A stretch of DNA of 64,000 bases. It comes from an uncultured Thermoleophilia bacterium. GTDB lineage: Bacteria; Actinomycetota; Thermoleophilia; UBA2241. Location: assembly GCA_963709845.1 (NCBI GenBank), contig CAVPXV010000005.1, forward strand, positions 439,032 to 503,031. Direction: 5' to 3'. Below, in pieces: positions 29,502 through 39,200 of the stretch. The translations under genes were made by a program, and so were the position numbers. Every line of letters starts with the position of its first letter. Within the stretch, counting starts at the first letter, position 1. The notes under the pieces were generated by a model. It did no database searches. It was not told the origin of the DNA and saw only the letters and a program-made list of their open reading frames with translations.

Positions 29502-30153
29502 AGCGGGTAACAGCGGGGAGTCCCCTCCCTCTCACCGCTATGGCGACGATACAGCACCGGTGACGTGTTGACAGCGATGTCGCCGCTGCGGACAACGCTT
29601 TCGGCGGCCGGCGGTTTGCGCGCTGGATGAGACGCATAGAGAGCCGTCGCACGAGTGTGGAGAAGCAGGGTAGTTCCCCGACGCGGAACGGCCCGTCGCG
29701 CCGGCTAATGGAGGCCAAGCGTGACGGGCCTACGACGCCACTCCTCTCTCCAGACGGTGACGCCGTGCACCATACGTTCCCGCAGCGTGGATGCAGGACA
29801 CGCGAACGGACGTCTCGATGTTGTCCGGTCAGGCTACGTCCGGCCGCGGGTGCGCCGTAGCGCCTGGCAGCCGCCGCGAGGGGTGACGACGAGGCGGACA
29901 CGGTGACAATGCCCCAGGACGCAAAGCGGGCCTGAGGTCGCTCCAGACTCCCAGGCCCGACGCCGTGCCCCCGTAGACTCGGCAATCTCCGATTGTTCCC
30001 CGTTTCGCGGGCGCCAGCCACGCTGCGACCATCGCCGCGCAGGTCTCCTCCTCATGGCGAGGCGCGGCCGGACGGGTCAGGGCCCTTTATTACGTCGCTG
30101 CGCCCACCTAGTATCTGACTGCACCTGCTCAGGCCGGCACGAGGACGGGGGAC

Positions 30154-30441
30154 ATGGCACTGCTCATCATCCAGCACAAGGTGGGGGACTACGCGACGTT
30201 CGTGCAGGTCTTCATGGACGACCAGGAACGCCGCAGAAGGGCGGGCTGCCTGGGCGCGCGGGTCCATCGCCGTGCCGACGACCCTAACGACGTCTGGGTG
30301 GTCCTCGAGTTCGACACGGCCGAGCACGCTCGCGAGCATGCCGAGGGGCTGGAACTGCGCGAGGCCATCAACTGGGCCACGAGCAACGTGTCGATGCCCA
30401 GCTTCGTAGTGCTCGAACAGCAGATGGAGACCGACGCCTAG
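30154..30441 (+). CDS. ABM-domain (antibiotic biosynthesis monooxygenase-like) small protein
   Basis: 95 aa following the ABM pattern (..GCLGARVHRRADDPNDVWVVLEFDTAEHAREH..). Confidence 0.55.
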   Translation: MALLIIQHKVGDYATFVQVFMDDQERRRRAGCLGARVHRRADDPNDVWVVLEFDTAEHAREHAEGLELREAINWATSNVSMPSFVVLEQQMETDA

Positions 30442-30482
30442 CTGGCGCAGACGTTTGACTCGCGTAGGCGGCAGTCACTTTT

Positions 30483-30508
30483 GGCGGCCGAGCCTCCGCT
30501 CGGCGGCC
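30483..30508. terminator. GC-rich hairpin between convergent genes (candidate bidirectional terminator)
   Basis: GGCGGCCGAGC-ctcc-GCTCGGCGGCC stem-loop between the ABM gene (+) and a hypothetical gene (-). Confidence 0.3.
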
Positions 30509-30581
30509 GGTGGAAGACCGCCAGCTCCGACGGTGGCCGCCCGACCCAAGAGGGCGGCGGGCCTCTGCTCGGCGCGAGACT

Positions 30582-30848
30582 CTAGGCGATCCGCACCGCG
30601 CCTTGGGCGCAGAGCTGCCCGCCGATCGCTTCCTCCTCGAGCAGCTGCAGCCGCTCGCGGAGCGCGTTCAGGATGTCGACGCAGAGCGCGAGCTGCTCGC
30701 TCGCTCGACCGATGCCCGCGGCGTTGCCGTCCTTCGCGTCCTGCAGCAGGTCACCCGCCGCCGCCAGCAGGTCGTTGACCGTCGCCGCCACCGTGCCCGG
30801 CACGTCGATCTCGAGGTCAGCGATCCTCTCGTCCAATGCCGTGGTCAT
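30582..30848 (-). CDS. Hypothetical protein (about 88 aa, helical)
   Basis: Start MTTALDERIADLEIDVPG. The upstream part of the ORF-track entry is Arg-rich artefact. Confidence 0.35.
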   Translation of the reverse strand: MTTALDERIADLEIDVPGTVAATVNDLLAAAGDLLQDAKDGNAAGIGRASEQLALCVDILNALRERLQLLEEEAIGGQLCAQGAVRIA

Positions 30849-31188
30849 GCCCGCCCCCCACTCGAATGCTCCGGCGCACCGCCACGTGCGCCGAGGCTCT
30901 GGGCGGCCCGCCGCGCCGTCAAGATGGCGGAGTGCGATGGGCCTGCGCAAACGCTACACCACGCGCAACGGGCGCAGCCCCAACGTAGCCGTCGCCGACA
31001 ACGCCTTTGGCGGCGCGGAGGCGGCGGCGCAGGCGCATCGGCCCTTCCGCCGGCGCTGAAGAGGATTCGCCTGGACTCCGGCCCGTCGGATCCCGTAAAC
31101 GGAGAGCGTCCGCACGGAATCGGATACGTTAGCGGTGCCGACGTCACGCCGTGACGAGGCTCATCACAGGCTCGGGCAGGGGGACACG

Positions 31189-32766
31189 ATGGAGGAGCGC
31201 GTAGCGGGCAAGGGCGATCTGCGGGACGGCCAGATGACGACCGTGCTCGTCGGCGGCAAGAAGGTCCTGCTGGCCAAGGTCGACGGTCGCTTCTACGCGA
31301 CCTCGGCGCGCTGCCCGCACTGGGGCGGGCCGCTGCCCGAGGGTACCCTGAACGGCCCGCGCCTCCTCTGCCCCTGGCACAAGGCCACCTACGACGTGCG
31401 CCGCGGCGACCTCCTGGAGCCGCCGTCCCTCGACGGCATCGCCGCCTTTCGCGTACGCGTCGAGGGCGAAGACGTGTTCGTCGACCGCTCCGAGGAGCCG
31501 CGCCGCGGGCGCACGATGCCCATGTACGCCTGCGACCTCGCGGCCGACGCGCGCGTCGTGGCCGTGATCGGCGGCGGCGGCGGCGCGGCCGCGGCCGTCG
31601 AGGCGCTGCGCCAGGAGTGCTTCATCGGCCGCATCGTGATGATCAGCCCCGAAGAGGAGTGGCCCTACGACCGCCCCAACCTGAGCAAGGACTTCCTCGC
31701 CGGAGAGCTGGACGCGAAGTGGCTGCCGCTGCGCTCGCCGGAGTTCTACGACGAGCACACCATCGAGCATCTCGTGGCGCGCGTGACGGAGCTCGACGTC
31801 GGCACGCGCCGGCTCACGCTCGAGGACGGGAGCACCATGACGCCCGACGCCGTGCTCATCGCCGGCGGTGCGCGGCCTCGCCGCCTGGACGTGCCGGGCG
31901 CGGATCTGGCGGGCGTCTTCACTCTGCGCTCGCAGGCGGACGCCGTGGCCCTCGGCGCCGCCGCCGCCGGCGCCCGGCGCGCCGTCGTCGTCGGCGCTAG
32001 CTTCATCGGCATGGAGGCCGCGGCCAGTCTCGCGCGGCGCGGCCTCGAGGTGATCGTGACCGGTCCCGAGTCGACGCCGTTCGAGCGCATCCTCGGCGAG
32101 GACGTCGGCCGCGTCGTGCAGGCGTGCCACGCCGAGCACGGCGTGCGTTTCGCGCTCGGGCGCGGCGTCGCACGCTTCGTGGGGGAGGGCACAGTCCGCG
32201 CCGTCGAGCTCGACGACGGGACGGCGCTCGACGCCGACCTCGTCGTGGTCGGCGTCGGCGTGCGCCCGGCGACCGAGTTCGTGCGCGGCGTCGAGCTCGA
32301 CGCCGACGGCGGTCTGCCCGTGGACGAGCGCCTGCGCGTCGCGCCGGGCGTGTGGGCGGCCGGTGACGTAGCCCGCTACCGCGAGCCCCACACCGGCCGC
32401 GACGTGCGCATCGAGCACTGGCGCCTCGCCGAGCAGCACGGCCGCGCCGCCGCCGCCGACATCGCCGGCAGGGGCGGGCCGTTCGCCGGCGTCCCCTTCT
32501 TCTGGACGCAGCACTTCGACCTCGAGCTCGGCTACGCCGGCGTCGGCCAGGGCTGGTCGGAGGTCATCCTCACCGGCGAGCCTGAGCAGCGCGACTTCAC
32601 CGCGTTCTACGCCGACGGTGACCGGCTCGTGGCCGCCTGCGGCACCCAGCGCGCCGAGATCGGCGCCTTCGTCGAGCTCATGCGCGAGGGTCGCCTGCCC
32701 GGACCGGGCGACATGCGCGGGCGCCGGCGGGCCGGCCTCGCGGAGCTTCTCGCGCGCCGCGCCTGA
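31189..32766 (+). CDS. Rieske [2Fe-2S] domain fused to an FAD-dependent pyridine nucleotide-disulfide oxidoreductase (AIF/ferredoxin-reductase-like)
   Basis: Rieske CPHWGGPL...CPWHKATYD, then FAD/NAD Rossmann motifs VIGGGGGAAAAVEAL and VVVGASFIGMEAA. ATG after GGGGGA. Confidence 0.85.
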   Translation: MEERVAGKGDLRDGQMTTVLVGGKKVLLAKVDGRFYATSARCPHWGGPLPEGTLNGPRLLCPWHKATYDVRRGDLLEPPSLDGIAAFRVRVEGEDVFVDRSEEPRRGRTMPMYACDLAADARVVAVIGGGGGAAAAVEALRQECFIGRIVMISPEEEWPYDRPNLSKDFLAGELDAKWLPLRSPEFYDEHTIEHLVARVTELDVGTRRLTLEDGSTMTPDAVLIAGGARPRRLDVPGADLAGVFTLRSQADAVALGAAAAGARRAVVVGASFIGMEAAASLARRGLEVIVTGPESTPFERILGEDVGRVVQACHAEHGVRFALGRGVARFVGEGTVRAVELDDGTALDADLVVVGVGVRPATEFVRGVELDADGGLPVDERLRVAPGVWAAGDVARYREPHTGRDVRIEHWRLAEQHGRAAAADIAGRGGPFAGVPFFWTQHFDLELGYAGVGQGWSEVILTGEPEQRDFTAFYADGDRLVAACGTQRAEIGAFVELMREGRLPGPGDMRGRRRAGLAELLARRA

Positions 32767-32961
32767 GCCTCAGACCAGCGCGCGGCCGCCTCAGGCACGG
32801 CCGCCCTGGATCGACGTCTGCCCGGGCGGCGCGCCGGCGTCCCCCCGGCGCGGCCACACAACGCGCCCGCGTTACTCACCCTCGTGCGCGGGGCAAGTGA
32901 AACCTGCGAGACGGCCTGCGAGGCCCTACGGACACGTCGGCGACACAGGAAATGAGCGATC

Positions 32962-33786
32962 ATGGCACGCCCACTCTGGAAGGGAAGCATCAGTTTCGGA
33001 CTCGTCTCCATCCCCGTCCACGTGTACTCGGCGACCCGCGCGCGAGCGCTGCGCTTTCGTCAGCTCGATCGTCGCGACAAGTCCCCGATCCGCGAACAGC
33101 GGATCAACGAGACGACCGGCCGCGAGGTGCTCTGGGAGGACATCGTCAAGGGCTACGAGTACGAGAAGGACTCCTTCGTGATCGTCGAGCCCGAGGATTT
33201 CGAACGCGCCAACGTCAAGGCGACCGAGACCATCGAGATCATGCAGGCCGTGCCGCGCGACGCGCTGGCGCCTGAGTACCTCGAGACTCCGCTGTTCGTG
33301 GTGCCGACCAAGGCCGGCATCAAGGCCTACCACCTGCTGCGCGAGACCCTGCGCCACAGCGACCGGCTGGCGATCGCGACGATCGTCATGCGCGGGCATC
33401 AGCACCTGGCCGCGCTGATCCCCCACGAGGACGTCATGATGCTGGAGCTCCTGCGCTTCGCTCACGAGCTCAAGGCGCTCTCCGATCTCGACCTCGACTA
33501 CGACATCTCGGCGCCGGAGACGAGGCCCGCCGAGATCGAGATGGCGGAACAGCTGGTCGCGGCGCTCGACGCACCGTGGCAGCCCAAGCAGTACCGCGAC
33601 GAGTACCGCGACGACCTGCTGGCGTTCATCGAGCGCAAGGCGAAGAGCGGCGAGAAGCCGGTGCGCAGCGCCGGCCGCGCCGACCGCGGCGAGCCCGCCG
33701 AAGTGGTGGACATCATGGAGCTGCTCAAGCAGAGCGTCGGCGAGGCGCGCGGCCGCGGCCGCTCGCGCCAGCGCAAGGCGAGCTGA
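32962..33786 (+). CDS. ku: Non-homologous end joining protein Ku
   Basis: MARPLWKGSISFGLVSIPVHVYSAT N-terminus and full Ku core. Confidence 0.9.
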   Translation: MARPLWKGSISFGLVSIPVHVYSATRARALRFRQLDRRDKSPIREQRINETTGREVLWEDIVKGYEYEKDSFVIVEPEDFERANVKATETIEIMQAVPRDALAPEYLETPLFVVPTKAGIKAYHLLRETLRHSDRLAIATIVMRGHQHLAALIPHEDVMMLELLRFAHELKALSDLDLDYDISAPETRPAEIEMAEQLVAALDAPWQPKQYRDEYRDDLLAFIERKAKSGEKPVRSAGRADRGEPAEVVDIMELLKQSVGEARGRGRSRQRKAS

Positions 33787-33801
33787 CGAGCAGGCTCAGG
33801 G

Positions 33802-36372
33802 ATGAGCCCGCTCGAGACATACCGCGACAAGCGCGACTTCGAGAAGACGGCGGAACCCGAGGGCCGTGCGTCGCGGCGGCGCTCGCGCGCCGCCGAAGCG
33901 GGCGGCGCCTTCGTCATCCACAAGCACGCGGCGCGCCGGTTGCACTACGACCTGCGCCTGCAGATGGACGGCGTGCTGCGCAGCTGGGCGGTGCCCAAAG
34001 GGCCCAGCCTGGACCCCGCGGTGAAGCGCCTCGCCGTCCACGTCGAGGACCATCCCCTGGAGTACGGCGCGTTCGAGGGGGTGATCCCCAAGGGCGAATA
34101 CGGCGGAGGGACGGTCATGATCTGGGACGCCGGCCTCTGGGAGGCGATCGGCGACGCGCCGGCCGGCTACCTCCGCGGCGAGCTCAAGTTCCGTCTCGAC
34201 GGTCAGCGCCTGCACGGCGCCTGGGTGCTCGTGCGCCTCAAGGGCCGCTCGGAGTCGGGAGAGGGCGCCGGAGACGGCCGCGACTGGCTGCTGATCAAGG
34301 AACGCGACGCCGAGGCGCAGCCGGGCGGCGCCGACCCGTGGGGCGACGAGGACCGCAGCGTGACGAGCCGGCGCACGATGAGCGAGATCGCGGCGGCCAG
34401 TCCACCGCCGGCGGCGCGCGGGCAGGCGTCGCGCACCGCCTCGCGCCGGCCGCGCACCGGTGGGCGGTCCTCCCCACCGCCCGCCGCGGCGAGCGTCACG
34501 CTGGCCACGCTCGTCGACGGTCCGCCCGACGGTGACGACTGGCTGCACGAGATCAAGTTCGACGGCTACCGCATCCTGGCGCGCCTGGACCACGGCCACG
34601 TGACGCTGCTTTCGCGCAACGGCCTCGACTGGACGCACCGCTTTCCGACGCTGGCCAAGGAGGTGGCGGAGCTGGAGACGGACGGCGCCCTGCTCGACGG
34701 CGAAGTCGTCGCCTACCGGGCGGACGGCGTCAGCGATTTCGGCGCCCTGCAGCGCGCCTTGAGCGAGGCCGACGACCGCAGCCTGACCTACATGGCGTTC
34801 GACCTCCTGCACGCCGACGGCGCCGACCTGCGGCGGCTGCCGCTGGCGAGGCGCAAGGCGCGCCTCGCCGAGTTGCTGCGAGCGGGAGAGGCCGGCGGCT
34901 CGGGCATCATCCGCGTCAGCGACCACGTCGCCGGCCACGGGGCGGCCTTCTACGCGGAGGCCTGCCGCCTCGGGCTCGAGGGCGTCGTCTCCAAGCGCGC
35001 CGACAGCGCCTACGCCGGCCGGCGCTCGCGCTCCTGGCTCAAGAGCAAGTGCGGCAAGCGTCAGGAGTTCGTCGTCGGCGGCTTCACGGACCCTGCCGGC
35101 AGCAGGACCGGGTTCGGCGCCCTCCTCGTCGGCGCCCGCGAGGCCGACGGCAGCCTGCGCTTCGCCGGCAAGGTCGGCTCCGGCTTCAGCGACGCCGACC
35201 TTCGGCGCCTGGCGCCGCGCCTGAAGGCCGCGGCGCGCCGGTCCTCGCCGTTCGCCGCGGCCGCCACGGTGCGCGGCGCGCACTGGGTCACGCCGAGACT
35301 GGTGGTCGAGGTCGCGTTCGCGGGCTGGACGAACGAGGGACGCCTGCGCCAGCCCGTGTTCAAGGGCGTGCGCGAGGACAAGCCGGCCGCGGCCGTGCGC
35401 CGCGAAGGCGCGGCCGCCAAGGCGTCCGCGCCCGCGAAGCCGCCGGCGGACCCGGACGCGGGTGCCGGCAAGCGCCCGAAGGCCGGCGCCCCTGTCTCCG
35501 TGGCCGGCGTGAGGATCTCGCACCCCGAGCGCCTCGTGTATCCCGACGTCGGGATGACCAAGCTCGAGGTCGTCAGCTACTACGAGGCGGTCGCGGAGCG
35601 CATGGTCCCGCAGCTCGACGGCCGGCCGCTCACCGTCGTGCGCTGCCCCGAGGGCGCCGCCGAGGAGTGCTTCTTCCAGAAGCGCGCGGCCGCGTCGATC
35701 CCCGACCGGGTCGAGAGGGTGACCGTCGCGCCGGGGCGCGGCAACCGCGGCACCATGGTCTACCCCGCCGTCACGAGCACGGCGGCGCTGATCACGATGG
35801 TGCAGATGGGCGCCCTCGAGTTCCACATCTGGGGATCGCGCGAGGCCACGCTCGAGGCTCCGGACAGGGTGGTGTTCGACCTCGACCCCGCCCCGGAGGT
35901 GAGGTGGGCCGAGGTGCGCACGGCGGCCCTGCGCCTGCGCGACGATCTGCGCGAGCGGGGGCTCGAGAGCCTGGTGATGACGTCCGGCGGCAAGGGGCTG
36001 CACGTCGTCGTCCCGCTGCGGCCGCAGGCCGGCTGGGATGCCGTCGCCGGCTTCGCCCGCGAGGTCGCCGAGGGTCTCGTGGCGCAGTATCCGCAGCAGT
36101 ACGTCGCCACCATGTCGAAGGCAAAGCGCGCCGGCAAGGTGTTCATCGACCACTTCCGCAACGGTCGCGGCGCGACGGCGATAGCGCCGTACTCACTGCG
36201 CGCCCGCGACGGCGCGGCGGTGGCCACGCCTCTGGCGTGGGACGAGCTCGCGAGGACCGCGGGAGGGGCCGTCTGGACGGCGCCGCGGGTGCTCCGCCGG
36301 CTGCGCTCCCGCGAGGATCCGTGGGCTGAGGCGGGCTCGCTCGGCCGGCAGACCTGGAGGCAGCGGCGATGA
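33802..36372 (+). CDS. ligD: Multidomain ATP-dependent DNA ligase LigD (phosphoesterase-ligase-polymerase order)
   Basis: N-terminal PE domain (FVIHKHAARRLHYDLRL), ligase motif I EIKFDGYR, C-terminal primase-polymerase domain (SHPERLVYPDVGMTKLEVVSYYEAVAERM). Confidence 0.9.
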   Translation: MSPLETYRDKRDFEKTAEPEGRASRRRSRAAEAGGAFVIHKHAARRLHYDLRLQMDGVLRSWAVPKGPSLDPAVKRLAVHVEDHPLEYGAFEGVIPKGEYGGGTVMIWDAGLWEAIGDAPAGYLRGELKFRLDGQRLHGAWVLVRLKGRSESGEGAGDGRDWLLIKERDAEAQPGGADPWGDEDRSVTSRRTMSEIAAASPPPAARGQASRTASRRPRTGGRSSPPPAAASVTLATLVDGPPDGDDWLHEIKFDGYRILARLDHGHVTLLSRNGLDWTHRFPTLAKEVAELETDGALLDGEVVAYRADGVSDFGALQRALSEADDRSLTYMAFDLLHADGADLRRLPLARRKARLAELLRAGEAGGSGIIRVSDHVAGHGAAFYAEACRLGLEGVVSKRADSAYAGRRSRSWLKSKCGKRQEFVVGGFTDPAGSRTGFGALLVGAREADGSLRFAGKVGSGFSDADLRRLAPRLKAAARRSSPFAAAATVRGAHWVTPRLVVEVAFAGWTNEGRLRQPVFKGVREDKPAAAVRREGAAAKASAPAKPPADPDAGAGKRPKAGAPVSVAGVRISHPERLVYPDVGMTKLEVVSYYEAVAERMVPQLDGRPLTVVRCPEGAAEECFFQKRAAASIPDRVERVTVAPGRGNRGTMVYPAVTSTAALITMVQMGALEFHIWGSREATLEAPDRVVFDLDPAPEVRWAEVRTAALRLRDDLRERGLESLVMTSGGKGLHVVVPLRPQAGWDAVAGFAREVAEGLVAQYPQQYVATMSKAKRAGKVFIDHFRNGRGATAIAPYSLRARDGAAVATPLAWDELARTAGGAVWTAPRVLRRLRSREDPWAEAGSLGRQTWRQRR

Positions 36373-36408
36373 TCGCCTGCCCCGCGGAGTTCCGGCCGGA
36401 GTAGATGC

Positions 36409-37374
36409 CTAGGGCGCCGTCCGCACGATCTGGTGCAGCGTCCAGCTGTCGCCGAGGTGCTTCTTCCAGCCGTCGCTCGACCTCATCCAGAACATGCGGC
36501 CCGTGACGACCCCGGTCGCGCTCATCGTCACCGTGACGTACCCGTACCGGGGTGAACTGGTGGTCGAGGCGAGGGTCTTGACGTCGCGCGCGTCGAGGGC
36601 CGCGGCGGAGGCGGCGTAGGGCGGCGCGCCCGCCATGCCCTCGGTCACGTAGTCGGTGCCGTCCGCCTGATGATGGCGGCGGTAGTTGTGGATGTCGCCT
36701 TGGGCGACGAGGTCGACGCCGTAGGCGCGGAAGAGCCTCACGAGTGCGTTGCGCTCACTCTTCGCGGTGGTCGCGAAGGCGGCGCCCTGCTTGGGGTCGA
36801 GCAGGGGGTGATGCAGCGCCACGACGATCCAGGCGCGCTTGTCGGCGATGGCGCGCAGCGTGCGCACGAGCCAAGCCGCCTGGGCGCTGTTGCGCGAATC
36901 GCCGACCCCGTAGAACCCGATGCGGCCCGAGTAGCCGGGCTCGTTTGTGTTGAGGACGATGACGTGGAACGGCCCGTCCGTGACCGCGTAGTAGCCCGGC
37001 GCGGCGTGGACCCGGCTGGCGTAAGCCGCGCGCGCAGCGGCGCTGACCGCCTCGTGGTTGCCCATGACGTAGTCGGTCTTCACGCCGACGCTGCCGTAGG
37101 CGGCGAAGAAGGCGTCGTACTTGGCGGCGATCGTCGCTCGCGAATCGCCGCTGCCGAGACAGACGTAGTCGCCGCCCGCGATCGCGTGGTCGGCGCCTTC
37201 GGCGCGCATCGCCCTCGAGACGACCTTCAGCCCGCTCGAGACCGTGGCTCCCGAGGTCGTCCATGGCCGGCAGTCGCCCCAGACCAGGAGCTTGTAGGGC
37301 GTCGCGCCGAGCGCGGTGCCGGGCAGGAGCAGGAAGGGAAGCAGGATCAGGCCGGCCGCCAGCAGACGTCTCAA
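36409..37374 (-). CDS. Secreted calcineurin-like metallophosphoesterase
   Basis: Signal peptide MRRLLAAGLILLPFLLLPGTALG. Metallophosphoesterase motifs (GDxxY..., GNHE, GDIHNYRR). Confidence 0.8.
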   Translation of the reverse strand: MRRLLAAGLILLPFLLLPGTALGATPYKLLVWGDCRPWTTSGATVSSGLKVVSRAMRAEGADHAIAGGDYVCLGSGDSRATIAAKYDAFFAAYGSVGVKTDYVMGNHEAVSAAARAAYASRVHAAPGYYAVTDGPFHVIVLNTNEPGYSGRIGFYGVGDSRNSAQAAWLVRTLRAIADKRAWIVVALHHPLLDPKQGAAFATTAKSERNALVRLFRAYGVDLVAQGDIHNYRRHHQADGTDYVTEGMAGAPPYAASAAALDARDVKTLASTTSSPRYGYVTVTMSATGVVTGRMFWMRSSDGWKKHLGDSWTLHQIVRTAP

Positions 37375-37482
37375 GGAACCTCCTCGTACCGGGGTCCCAT
37401 GATGCGGCGCACGCGCGCGACGCGCAACCCCTCGCGGCGCACTGCGGGCCTTGAGGCGACCACCGACTGGAGGCAGGCCCGG

Positions 37483-38595
37483 CTAGCGCTCCGCTCCGGC
37501 GGCGGCCTGCATCGCTCGCCTGAGGTTCCTCAGCGACTCGTGGAAGAGCGTGAGGACCTGCCGCCAGGCAAGGTCCCAGCTGTCTGGCGGGTAGCGGAGG
37601 CCGAGGTCGGCGAAGACCCGCGTCTCGTCCGCTTGGCCGTGCAGCGGGTGCAGGTTCCGGAGCTTCTGGATGCTGCGCAGTCGCTCCGCGTCGTCGACCA
37701 CGCTGCCGTACTTCTCCGTCACCAGTGCGACCAGGCGAGGCACCGCGCCGTCGCCCGCGTTCCCGTTGGTCGCCGGCACCACGAGCTTGTCCAGCAGGTC
37801 CGCGACCGCCGCCGCGCGCAGACTGAAGTCCTTGTAGTCGACGCAGGGCCCGAAGAGCGCCGCAGCGCTGCGTGCCCGCGGGATCGGCCACGGCCTGCGC
37901 TTGCCCGTGGCCAAGCGAAAGGCGACCGTGAAGAAGTCGATCTCGTCGACCACGCGATCGCCGATGTCCGCCGAGGGTTCGGCCGGGACCCTCTCGACCT
38001 GGACCCTGCGCTTCCAGCAAGAGCGCAGCTTCAAGTCGGGGTTGCAGTCCGGGCCAGGGTGGCGTTCGCCGGAATCGCAGAGCACGCCGGCCAGATTCCG
38101 GCCGAAGGCGCCGCCCTTCACCGCCTGCGTGACGGGATGCACGAAATCCGCGCAACGCAGGCGGTCGTCGGCGACCGCGCAGGTGCGGCAGGCGAAGGCC
38201 GTGGTCATCGCCGGTCCCTCGTCGCCGCAGGCCCGGCACTCCGGCCCGGATCGGCCCGCCTCCACCCAGCGGCAGCGCTTGTGGTCTCCGGCCGTCGCGC
38301 GGAGCTCGTCCACGTTCTCGGCCGAGATGAACAGGTGGATGGGGTCCGAGCCCTCGCACGACAATGCGCCGTCGCGGAACGCCGATTCGATCCCGGGAAG
38401 CGCGTAGCGCAGCATGGTCGGTGTCGCCAGACTCACGCCGCCAGGCGCAAAGCAGCTGTACACCTCGTAGGGAAGGTGTATCTGCACGGCGCGACGGCCA
38501 CCGCCATCACGAGCCACCAGCTGAAGGATCCAGTCGCCGTGAGAGTAGTCGTCGCGAATGAGCCCGGCGCATTGGATCTCGACATCGGCCCGCAT
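37483..38595 (-). CDS. Hypothetical Cys-rich protein (370 aa)
   Basis: Protein-like composition with clustered Cys (CRWVEAGRSGPECRACGDEG, CRTC...C). I recognise no family. The ORF-track extension above 38595 is an artefact. Confidence 0.55.
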   Translation of the reverse strand: MRADVEIQCAGLIRDDYSHGDWILQLVARDGGGRRAVQIHLPYEVYSCFAPGGVSLATPTMLRYALPGIESAFRDGALSCEGSDPIHLFISAENVDELRATAGDHKRCRWVEAGRSGPECRACGDEGPAMTTAFACRTCAVADDRLRCADFVHPVTQAVKGGAFGRNLAGVLCDSGERHPGPDCNPDLKLRSCWKRRVQVERVPAEPSADIGDRVVDEIDFFTVAFRLATGKRRPWPIPRARSAAALFGPCVDYKDFSLRAAAVADLLDKLVVPATNGNAGDGAVPRLVALVTEKYGSVVDDAERLRSIQKLRNLHPLHGQADETRVFADLGLRYPPDSWDLAWRQVLTLFHESLRNLRRAMQAAAGAER

Positions 38596-38792
38596 AGTCC
38601 CCCCGTTCGACCTCGCAAGCCTATCCCGACCATGAGGCACCAACAATGGGAGGAAGACGTAACCTCGGCTGCCCGGACGCGGCGCGGCCAGTCGCCGGCA
38701 CCTGGCAGAGGACGTTCCGCCATGCAAAAAGCGACCCGCCGTTGCCCTGCGGGTCGCTTCGATACATCCTTCGGCCGGAGCGGTGCCCGCTC

Positions 38793-38849
38793 CATAGAAC
38801 GTTCCGCTACGCGGGGCGGCCCGCCGGGGGCAACGAGACGGCGGGCCGC
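38793..38849 (+). repeat. Direct repeat copy B (matches 29442..29501)
   Basis: CATAGAACGTTCCGCTACGC..GGCCCGCCGGGGGCAACGAGACGGCGGGCCGC, lying 9351 bp downstream of copy A in the same orientation. Confidence 0.6.
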
Positions 38850-39011
38850 GGGTGCAGCCGGGACTACCCCAGCCGCGCCTTAGCGGCAAGGATACGACAG
38901 CGACGACCGCTTCAAGGCTTTGTAGCCGCCGCCGACAACGCTTCCTCGAAGCGAGCAGGTGACGGCAAGATCCCCCTGCTTGCCATCACCGCCTCCCGGC
39001 GCGGGTCCTGC

Positions 39012-39200
39012 TCAGCGCTCGCGCGCCTTCCGCTTCACCTGCCTGCGGTCCAGGTAGAAGCGACCGCCGATCGTCTTCCCCCACAAGTCCCCGGCCACGA
39101 CCATGCGCCGGATCTCGAAGACGTCGATGCAGAGCAACTCGGCGGCCTCTCTCGTGGTCATCACCGGACATTCGGCTTGCGATCGCTGCTCCAGGGCCAT
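39012..39200 (-). CDS. xis: Excisionase/Xis-like HTH DNA-binding protein
   Basis: 62 aa with TTREAAELLCIDVFEIRRMVVAGDLWGKTIGGRFYLDRRQV (excisionase-family HTH pattern). Strong RBS GAGGAGGGA. Confidence 0.55.
   Translation of the reverse strand: MALEQRSQAECPVMTTREAAELLCIDVFEIRRMVVAGDLWGKTIGGRFYLDRRQVKRKARER

Noticed and set aside
33796-38359. ORFs 33796..36153 (-), 35049..36329 (+), 36670..38883 (+), 36755..38359 (-)
   Set aside because: Alternate-frame or antisense readthroughs over ligD, the metallophosphoesterase and the Cys-rich gene; Arg/Gly-rich junk.
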